Assembly (NCBI GenBank): GCA_041288095.1 | Contig: JBGGMJ010000177.1 | Location: forward strand, 1 to 31,511 | DNA from: Myxococcota bacterium | GTDB taxonomy: Bacteria; Myxococcota; XYA12-FULL-58-9; JALHOP01 | Length of the DNA stretch: 31,511 nt | Reading direction: 5' to 3' | Shown here: one piece after another, positions 25,469 through 31,511 of the stretch | How the letters are laid out: each line of letters opens with the position of its first letter | Position numbering within the stretch: position 1 is the first letter of the stretch | Made by a program: the position numbers and the translations under genes | The notes under the pieces: model-generated | Database searches by the model: none | What the model was told of the DNA's origin: nothing | The model's input: the letters and a program-made list of their open reading frames with translations, nothing else

Positions 25469-27546
25469 CAGCTGCCTCGAAGGTTGTCTTGCCAGGGGGA
25501 TCTGTTGCTCTCGTCCGTCAGCCAACGGAAGACCGCCGCGACTTCAGCGTACTCTTGCTCGGCGATGCCCGCGAGCGCGGGATGCATCGCATCGATGTCG
25601 ATGCCCTCCCACGTGAAACCCGGCACGTTGCTGTGGCGCGCCCCGTAGCCGTTCATGTGCACCTTGTCGCGGACACGCCAGTAGCGCTGCACGGCCATGC
25701 CGCAGGCCTTGCCGAAGTTCGCCGGGGCCTTGATGGCGGTCGGCAAGCCAACGGTGCTTTCACCGACACTCCAGCAGAGCCACGTGAGCGCCGCCCAGTC
25801 GGCGCGCGCCATCCGCAGCAAGTCGGGCAGCTCGTGCTCGTCGAGGCTAAGGGTCTCGTCGATGGAGATGCTCTCGTCCTCGTCGGTCTCCCAGCTATCT
25901 TCGACGAGCTCCGCGCCGGCCGCGAGACGATCGAGGTCGGCGAGCATCCACGGCACCTCGGGGCGCACGTATTTCGTGAGCGCCCGGCGTATGAGGCTGA
26001 GGCGCTTGGCGTATTTGCCAATCACCTTGCGAATCGCCTCGAGGTCCTGCTCGGGACCATCGGGCAAGCCGTCGTAGTAGGTCTCGGGTGTCTGGGTGCT
26101 CGGCCAGAAGTCGAACTTCCGGAAGAGGACGCGATTGTAGTCGCCGAGGAAGGCGGCGCTCCCCTCTTGCACGGTCGCGAGCTCTTGCACATCGAGCTTC
26201 ACCTGCTCCGGGAGTCCGAGACGCATGAGCACGAGCCCGCGCGTGAACAAGAAGTCCTTGTGCTCGGGCGCGAGCAGCAAGGCGGCGTTGATCAGATCGA
26301 GCGCCGTGAAGGCCTGGTCCGCCTTGTCCGCGGCGATAGCCAGCGCCCGGCACAGTGACGCCGGGCTCGCGCCGCGCAGAAAGCCCGCGAGCAGATCGGG
26401 ATAGTGCTCGGACGCACTTTCGAGGATCTCACCCGCGAGCCGCTCCGCGCCCTCGGCGGTGGCGGGCAGCGCCAGCTTGGCGATCGTCGCGGTGAGCTGC
26501 TCGACCTTCGCCGAGCGGCCCGCGGCGCGTGCGTGGGCCACGATGGCTTCGGCGAAGCGCCGCTCGCGCATGCAGGTCTCCGCGACCGCAAGCCACTCGA
26601 CGGCGCTCTTGCGCACGTTGGCGAGCGCCGGCGATTCAACGAGCGTCTCGTGGTCCGCGATGGCGCCGAAGTCACGCGACAGCAAGCGCTTGTTGCTCGC
26701 GCCGAGCAAATGCCAGCCGCCCGACGGCAAGCCCTCGTCATATTCGGAGAGCAGACCGAGCACCCCCTCGGCCACGTAGGTCGAGGCGAGGTCCGGATCC
26801 CAGTCGGTGTAACGTCCGTGCAGCGAGCCTTCCTTGAAGGTCGCCTCGAGGAGAAGCTTTCCATCCTCGCCGTAGCGCTTCCAGATGCCGTGGCGCTCGT
26901 CGTCCGTGTACGCGCCCTCGTCGGAGACTTGTCCGTTTTCGTGGAAGCTCTTGGCCGGCCCACTCTTCTTGCCGTCGACGTACGTCAGGTCTTCCTTGGG
27001 GGTGCCGTCTTTGTACCAATAGCGCCAGCGACCGACCTTGCTGTGGTCTTCACGGGCGTTGCCCGAGGCCCATTGCTCTTGCTTCTCGTGGTACTCCGCT
27101 TCAGCAGACACGCTCGCCGGGCGTTCCGGAAACGGCTCGCCGCTGGGCAGGAGCCGCTGTCCCGCCTTGTCGAAGTGACGCACCGCGACCACGGTGTTGC
27201 GAACGTAGTCCATCTCCGAGCGCCAGACGTTCTTCGACATCCGACCTTCGTGCATGCGCTCGGTGGTCTCGCTCTCGGTCGAAAACCAGGTACGAGTGCC
27301 GTGCAGCTCACCGTTCTCGAAGCTCCCTTCTTGGGAGACCTCGCCGTTTTCGTGGAAGCGCTTGAAGGGGCCGTGCGGCTGACCGTCGACCATGTTGCAC
27401 TCGTTGCAAAGAGTGCCGTCGGCCCGCCAAAACTTGTAGGGCCCCTGCTTCCTACCCTCCGCTGAAACGGACCCCAGCATCCACTCTTTGTCGTCCTCGA
27501 CCCACTTCGCCTCTGCTGGGACACCCGCCGGACGTTCGTTCGCCAT
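25468..27546 (-). CDS. MORN-variant (YwqK-like) repeat protein with a TPR-like helical C-terminal half
   Basis: Repeats HGPFKRFHENG, GRWRYWYKDG, GPAKSFHENG, HGIWKRYGEDG; duplicated RPA.V.AEA motif; TPR-like ALDLINAALLLAPE...LFTRGLV. Confidence 0.8.
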   Translation of the reverse strand: MANERPAGVPAEAKWVEDDKEWMLGSVSAEGRKQGPYKFWRADGTLCNECNMVDGQPHGPFKRFHENGEVSQEGSFENGELHGTRTWFSTESETTERMHEGRMSKNVWRSEMDYVRNTVVAVRHFDKAGQRLLPSGEPFPERPASVSAEAEYHEKQEQWASGNAREDHSKVGRWRYWYKDGTPKEDLTYVDGKKSGPAKSFHENGQVSDEGAYTDDERHGIWKRYGEDGKLLLEATFKEGSLHGRYTDWDPDLASTYVAEGVLGLLSEYDEGLPSGGWHLLGASNKRLLSRDFGAIADHETLVESPALANVRKSAVEWLAVAETCMRERRFAEAIVAHARAAGRSAKVEQLTATIAKLALPATAEGAERLAGEILESASEHYPDLLAGFLRGASPASLCRALAIAADKADQAFTALDLINAALLLAPEHKDFLFTRGLVLMRLGLPEQVKLDVQELATVQEGSAAFLGDYNRVLFRKFDFWPSTQTPETYYDGLPDGPEQDLEAIRKVIGKYAKRLSLIRRALTKYVRPEVPWMLADLDRLAAGAELVEDSWETDEDESISIDETLSLDEHELPDLLRMARADWAALTWLCWSVGESTVGLPTAIKAPANFGKACGMAVQRYWRVRDKVHMNGYGARHSNVPGFTWEGIDIDAMHPALAGIAEQEYAEVAAVFRWLTDESNRSPWQDNLRGS

Positions 27547-27690
27547 GGCCGCGCTCCGCTGTGGTTGAGAGTGGACCGTACAACAAAACGTGCGCCCGGC
27601 GACCTACTGGACGTCTGTCATGTAGTCAGGACATCGCCGTGAGCTGGGTCACAGACCCGAGGTGGTCGCCGTCACCATCGCCGAGCGGAC

Positions 27691-28353
27691 CTAAGCCGTC
27701 GCGCGCAGGGCGTTGTTCAGAGCGCTCTCGATGCGCCGCTGCACCTGCTCGGGAGTGGCGACGCCGTCGAGATCGATGAGGATGCCACGCGCCTGATAGA
27801 AGGCGACGAGAGGCTGGGTCTTGTTCCGGTATTCTTCGAGACGCGACTTCACGAGCTCTTCGGTGTCATCGGGCCGCTGGATGAGCCCGGTGCCGCAAGC
27901 ATCGCAGAAGCCATCCTTCTTCGGCGGCTTGAACTTGATGTGGTAGCTCGTGCCGTCTTTCGGGCAGCTGCGGCGGCCGGTGGCGCGCTCGACCAAGATG
28001 TCGTCGGGGACGTCGAGGTTCACGGCGGCCTGCAGCGGCGTGCCCTTCTCGGCGAGCATCCGCTCGAGCGCTTCGGCCTGCGGTACGGTGCGCGGGAACC
28101 CATCGAGCAGAAAGCCGGGCTTGCAGTCGGGCTTGGCGAGCCGCTCGGCAACCATCTCGATCATCAGATCGTCGGGCACGAGCAGACCGCGGTCGGTGAA
28201 GCTCTTGAAGCGCACGCCGAGCTCGGTGCCGTCGCGAATCGCCTGACGAATCAAGTCGCCGGTAGAGATCGCGGGGATACCACGCGACGCAGCGATGTGT
28301 TTCGACTGCGTGCCTTTGCCCGAACCGGGCTTACCCAGCAGAAGGATTCGCAT
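27691..28353 (-). CDS. adk: Adenylate kinase
   Basis: LLGKPGSGKGTQ, ISTGD..R, G.LVPD, GFLLDGFPRT..QA, LID C.KD...C..C, QRPDD. Confidence 0.99.
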   Translation of the reverse strand: MRILLLGKPGSGKGTQSKHIAASRGIPAISTGDLIRQAIRDGTELGVRFKSFTDRGLLVPDDLMIEMVAERLAKPDCKPGFLLDGFPRTVPQAEALERMLAEKGTPLQAAVNLDVPDDILVERATGRRSCPKDGTSYHIKFKPPKKDGFCDACGTGLIQRPDDTEELVKSRLEEYRNKTQPLVAFYQARGILIDLDGVATPEQVQRRIESALNNALRATA

Positions 28354-28361
28354 TCCCGAGC

Positions 28362-29675
28362 CTAGGACGCGCGACGTCCACGGATACGGGGGCCCTTGGC
28401 ACCCGCAAAGCCGTCATAGTTGCGGGTGATCAGGTGCGACTCGATCTGACGGGCGGTGTCGAGAGCAACACCGACGACGATGAGCAAGCCGGTTCCGCCG
28501 AAGCGGAACGGCACCTGGAACTGCGACACGATGACCGTCGGCAAGACGCAAATGGCCGAGATGTAGAGCGCGCCACCGAAGGTGATGCGCGACAACACGT
28601 GGTCGATGTATTCGGCGGTCTTCTTGCCGGGACGCACGCCCGGGATGTAGCCGCCGTACTTCTTCATGTTGTCGGCGACGTCGACCGGATTGAAGGTGAC
28701 CGCCGTGTAGAAGTAGCAGAAGAAGACGATCAAGAGGACGTAGGCGCTGTTGTAGAACCAGGCGTCCGACGTGAAGAACTGCGTCACCGACGAGAGCCAG
28801 TCGGCGCCGACGAAGCTCGAGAGCGTCGCGGGCAGCAAGAGGATCGACGAGGCGAAGATCGGTGGGATGACGCCCGACGAGTTGATCTTCAGCGGCAAGT
28901 GCGTCGACTGACCGGCGTAGGTGCGCTTGCCAACCAAACGCTTGGCGTATTGCACCGGGATGCGACGCTGCGCCTGTTCGAAGAAGATGATGGCGGCGAT
29001 GACGCCGAGCACCAGCGCCAGCAAGACCATCGCCTGCACCGGCTGCAACACGTCGTCGGCCATGTAGCGAACCGTCTCGATGAGGTTCGAGGGCAGCTGC
29101 GCCACGATACCGGCGAAGATGATGAGCGAGATGCCGTTGCCGATGCCGCGCTCGGTGATCTGCTCACCGAGCCACATCACGAACACCGTGCCCGACGTCA
29201 ACGTCAGGATGGTGATGGCGTAGAACATGAATCCGGGATCGCGGACCACTTGGGCGCCGCCCGGACCTTGCACGAGGTAGTTCGCGATACCGTAGCCCTG
29301 CACGAAAGCGAGAGCGATGGTGCCATAGCGCGTGTACTGGTTGATCTTGCGCCGACCAGCCTCGCCTTCCTTCTGCAAGCGCTCGAGCGTCGGGATGACG
29401 ACGGTCAAGAGCTGCATGATGATGGACGAGCTGATGTACGGCATGATGCCGAGCGCGAAGATGCTCGCCTGCTCGAAGGCACCACCCGAGAACATGTTGA
29501 AGATGCCGAAGACCGTGCCCGAGAGCTGGTTCAAGGCGCGCGCGAGGAGCACGCGGTCGACACCCGGCACCGAGATGAAAATGCCGATGCGATAAACGAT
29601 GAGCAGGCCGGCCGTGAACAGCAGGCGGCGGCGAAGCTCGGGGATCTTACCGATATTCCAGAAACCTGAAGCCAC
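28362..29675 (-). CDS. secY: Preprotein translocase subunit SecY
   Basis: [76 protein letters not shown] start after GGAG. Confidence 0.99.
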   Translation of the reverse strand: MASGFWNIGKIPELRRRLLFTAGLLIVYRIGIFISVPGVDRVLLARALNQLSGTVFGIFNMFSGGAFEQASIFALGIMPYISSSIIMQLLTVVIPTLERLQKEGEAGRRKINQYTRYGTIALAFVQGYGIANYLVQGPGGAQVVRDPGFMFYAITILTLTSGTVFVMWLGEQITERGIGNGISLIIFAGIVAQLPSNLIETVRYMADDVLQPVQAMVLLALVLGVIAAIIFFEQAQRRIPVQYAKRLVGKRTYAGQSTHLPLKINSSGVIPPIFASSILLLPATLSSFVGADWLSSVTQFFTSDAWFYNSAYVLLIVFFCYFYTAVTFNPVDVADNMKKYGGYIPGVRPGKKTAEYIDHVLSRITFGGALYISAICVLPTVIVSQFQVPFRFGGTGLLIVVGVALDTARQIESHLITRNYDGFAGAKGPRIRGRRAS

Positions 29676-29703
29676 GGTCCGTCACTCCAAAAGCGAGGCG
29701 TGA

Positions 29704-29732
29704 TGCTTAGAGCCCGCGCACACGTAGGTCAA
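29704..29732 (-). promoter_or_regulatory. Candidate internal sigma70-like promoter for secY-adk
   Basis: TTGACC-N17-TAAGCA in the 116-nt rplO-secY spacer. Confidence 0.45.
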
Positions 29733-29791
29733 GCGACCCAATGCTAAAGGACGCTCGACCCGATCGTGCTGCGCGAAATTGCGGCGGTTCT

Positions 29792-30268
29792 TTAGGCCGC
29801 GGCCTTCGGGGTCGGGTCGACGATGACGTTGACCTTGCCGCCGGCGGCTTCGATCTTCTTCTTGGCGCCCTCGGTCACGTAGTGAGCCGAGATGTTCAGC
29901 GCGTGCGTCATGTCGCCACGGCCCAGGATGCGGACCTTGACGTCGATCTTGCGCGCGAGGCCAACGGCCTGAAGCGCCACGAGGTCGATCTCCGCGCCCT
30001 TGGCGAACTTCTTCGTCAGGGTGTCGAGGTTCACCTCGGCGGTCGGCGTGCGGAACTGCTTGTTCTTGAAACCGCGCTTCGGCATGCGGCGGTACATCGG
30101 AACCTGGCCGCCTTCGAAGCCGCGACCGCGCTTACCCTTACCGGTACGCGCCGTCTGGCCCTTGCCACCGAGACCCGCGGTCTTACCGAGACCGGAGCTC
30201 TCGCCACGGCCACGGCGGGTTCGCTTTACATTGGCGCCTTCTGGCGCTCTCAAATCGTGCAAACGCAT
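29792..30268 (-). CDS. rplO: 50S ribosomal protein L15
   Basis: R.GRG..SG.GKT.G.G.KGQ.AR, GFEGGQ.P.YRRMPKRGF, KIEAAGG. Confidence 0.99.
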   Translation of the reverse strand: MRLHDLRAPEGANVKRTRRGRGESSGLGKTAGLGGKGQTARTGKGKRGRGFEGGQVPMYRRMPKRGFKNKQFRTPTAEVNLDTLTKKFAKGAEIDLVALQAVGLARKIDVKVRILGRGDMTHALNISAHYVTEGAKKKIEAAGGKVNVIVDPTPKAAA

Positions 30269-30284
30269 TGGAATCCTCGACTGT

Positions 30285-30566
30285 TTAAGCTTGAGCGCTC
30301 TTGGCGCTCGGCTTCTTGGCCTTGCTGCCGGAAGCCTTGAACTTGCGCGTGAGCTCGCGCTTGGACGCGACCGGCACGTTACCCGTCTTCGGGGTGACGC
30401 TGACCATGTCGACGACCTTGTAGATCATGCCGCGCACGGCCGGGGTGTCCTTGAGGTACACCTTCGTGCCGGGGCGCTTCAGACCCATGCCTTGCAGCGT
30501 GCCGATCACCGAGTCGGTGCGGCCGTTGTAGCTGCGCTTCAAAGTGACTTCGAAATAGGAAGCCAT
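30285..30566 (-). CDS. rpmD: 50S ribosomal protein L30 with a basic C-terminal extension
   Basis: VTLKRS..GR......TL..MGL........DTPAVRGMI.KV; position between rpsE and rplO. Confidence 0.93.
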   Translation of the reverse strand: MASYFEVTLKRSYNGRTDSVIGTLQGMGLKRPGTKVYLKDTPAVRGMIYKVVDMVSVTPKTGNVPVASKRELTRKFKASGSKAKKPSAKSAQA

Positions 30567-30571
30567 GACGC

Positions 30572-30823
30572 TTACGCCCTCTCTTCAGCCGCGGCGTTCT
30601 TCTTGCCGCGGCGTGGCTCGCGCATGTCCTCGGCGGTCTTGCCTCGGGAATTCGCGATGCTTTCGACCGACTGCAGCTTGCGCAGACCGTCGAGGGTGGC
30701 CTTGACCACGTTGTGCGGATTGCGGCTGCCGATGCACTTCGTGAGGATGTCGTGGATGCCGGCGGACTCGAGGACCGCGCGGACCGCGCCACCCGCGATG
30801 ACGCCGGTACCAGCGGAGGCGGG
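30572..30823 (-). CDS. rpsE: 30S ribosomal protein S5, C-terminal 83 aa only (5' part missing)
   Basis: Manual translation [47 protein letters not shown]...EERA*. Upstream of 30823 similarity disappears and the frame reaches TAG at 30902-30904 without a start codon. Confidence 0.93.
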   Translation of the reverse strand, partial: PASAGTGVIAGGAVRAVLESAGIHDILTKCIGSRNPHNVVKATLDGLRKLQSVESIANSRGKTAEDMREPRRGKKNAAAEERA

Positions 30824-31511
30824 CGAAGGATGGTTCGGCGCGGCCGGACGAATGCTCGCCCGGGATCCCTCGATCCGCTCGCCGACCTGGAGTGTGGTGA
30901 CCTACGCCACGGCGGTGGCGGGCAGCTTCTGGCTCCTGGCGCTCGGCAACGCGCTTGTCGCGGCGGCCGCGGTCGAGCTGGCGCTGGCCCGCCTGTTTGC
31001 GCTATCGCCCGTCTGGCGGCTGCTCCTGCTCGCGCTGCTGGCCGCGGTCACCTCGCTGCCCTGGTTCGCAAGCTTCCTCATGCCGGATCTCTATGCCGGC
31101 CTCCTGGTCCTCGCCGCCCTGCTACTTGCGTGCGGATGGTCGCGGTTGCGTCCCGACGAGCGGGTCGCCGTCGCCGTCCTCTACGTGGCGGCGCTGACCT
31201 TTCACACTTCGCAGCTCCTGCTCGGCATCCTGCTGACGCCGCTGTCGGCGCTGATGCCCGGCACTTGGTCCGAGCGCCGCTGGCGTCTGCTGCGGCTCGG
31301 GCTGCCTGCCACGATCGCGGTTGCGCTGCTGGTAACGCTGGGTTGGCTCGGCTACGGGGAGCCCACCCTGACGCCGCGCAGCCCGCCTTTCCTGTTGGCG
31401 CGCGTCTGGGAGGACGGACCCGCCCGGGCCTATCTGGCACGGTCCTGCCCTGAGGCCGGATGGGCAATCTGCGCTCAGCTCGGGCGGCTGGCGCCGACGG
31501 CGCAGGAGTTC
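30822..31511 (+). CDS. Internal fragment of a multi-pass membrane protein (possibly GT-C-like); not in the ORF track because it has no stop in the window
   Basis: Stop-free 230-codon frame from the junction to the window end with GC3 bias: RSPTWSV...[21 protein letters not shown]...FHTSQ...[23 protein letters not shown]. Confidence 0.75.

Noticed and set aside
25468..27546. YwqK-type toxin-antitoxin system
   Set aside because: Only generic MORN-variant repeats are present and no adjacent toxin domain is recognisable.
27598..27670. tRNA-sized element with a 7-bp closing stem; nearby GGCGATGG resembling a fluoride riboswitch start
   Set aside because: No TTCRA T-loop or canonical D and anticodon arms, and the rest of the fluoride consensus is missing.
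13064..27690. Prophage, genomic island or defence system as the source of the inserts
   Set aside because: No integrase, transposase, phage structural, nuclease or att-like features seen; composition looks native and the cargo includes housekeeping hemG.
27895..27975. Adk LID motif C-x2-D...C-x2-C as a novelty
   Set aside because: Asp-for-Cys substitutions in zinc-type LID domains are within known variation.
548..29669. Long antisense ORFs (e.g. 548-1984+, 5631-6680+, 7978-10098+, 16919-18727+, 28434-29669+)
   Set aside because: They mirror well-supported genes on the opposite strand. Such stop-poor shadow frames are expected in high-GC3 DNA and show no protein motifs.
30824..30904. Simple frameshift in rpsE (an alternative frame reads ...TILR just before PAS)
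   Set aside because: Further upstream neither frame I translated resembles the S5 N-terminal half, while the plus strand has a coherent coding frame, so a junction fits better.
30713..31467. ORF-track calls 30713-31453(+) and 31078-31467(-)
   Set aside because: Arg/Pro/Ala-rich off-frame translations of the real rpsE fragment and the membrane-protein frame.

Overview
High-GC bacterial DNA, most likely Myxococcota/'deltaproteobacterial' (inferred from the DUF1592/DUF1552 pair, the C-terminally extended L30 and the RHH-like/FHA protein). The minus strand carries the distal spc and alpha ribosomal gene cluster: rpsE fragment, rpmD, rplO, secY, adk, map, infA, rpmJ, rpsM, rpsK, rpsD, rpoA, rplQ. 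This normally contiguous cluster is interrupted three times: six genes (~8.2 kb) between adk and map, four genes (~5.7 kb) between map and infA, and one 899-aa lipoprotein gene between rpoA and rplQ. Each separated core block has its own candidate sigma70-like promoter, and rpoA and rplQ each have a terminator hairpin. Other notable points: a single-ORF fusion of a DgoT-like MFS transporter to gluconokinase; a DUF1592/DUF1552 pair behind a sigma54-like promoter; sigma28-like CCGATA boxes before several signal-less genes, including a GH15/phosphorylase-kinase-like gene; a multi-hairpin rpsD-rpoA spacer that buries the rpoA SD; and six predicted lipoproteins. At ~30823 rpsE breaks mid-gene into an unrelated opposite-strand membrane-protein ORF, most likely an assembly chimera. 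I saw no tRNA, rRNA, CRISPR array, integrase or transposase. All domain calls come from motif recognition by eye; no searches were run.
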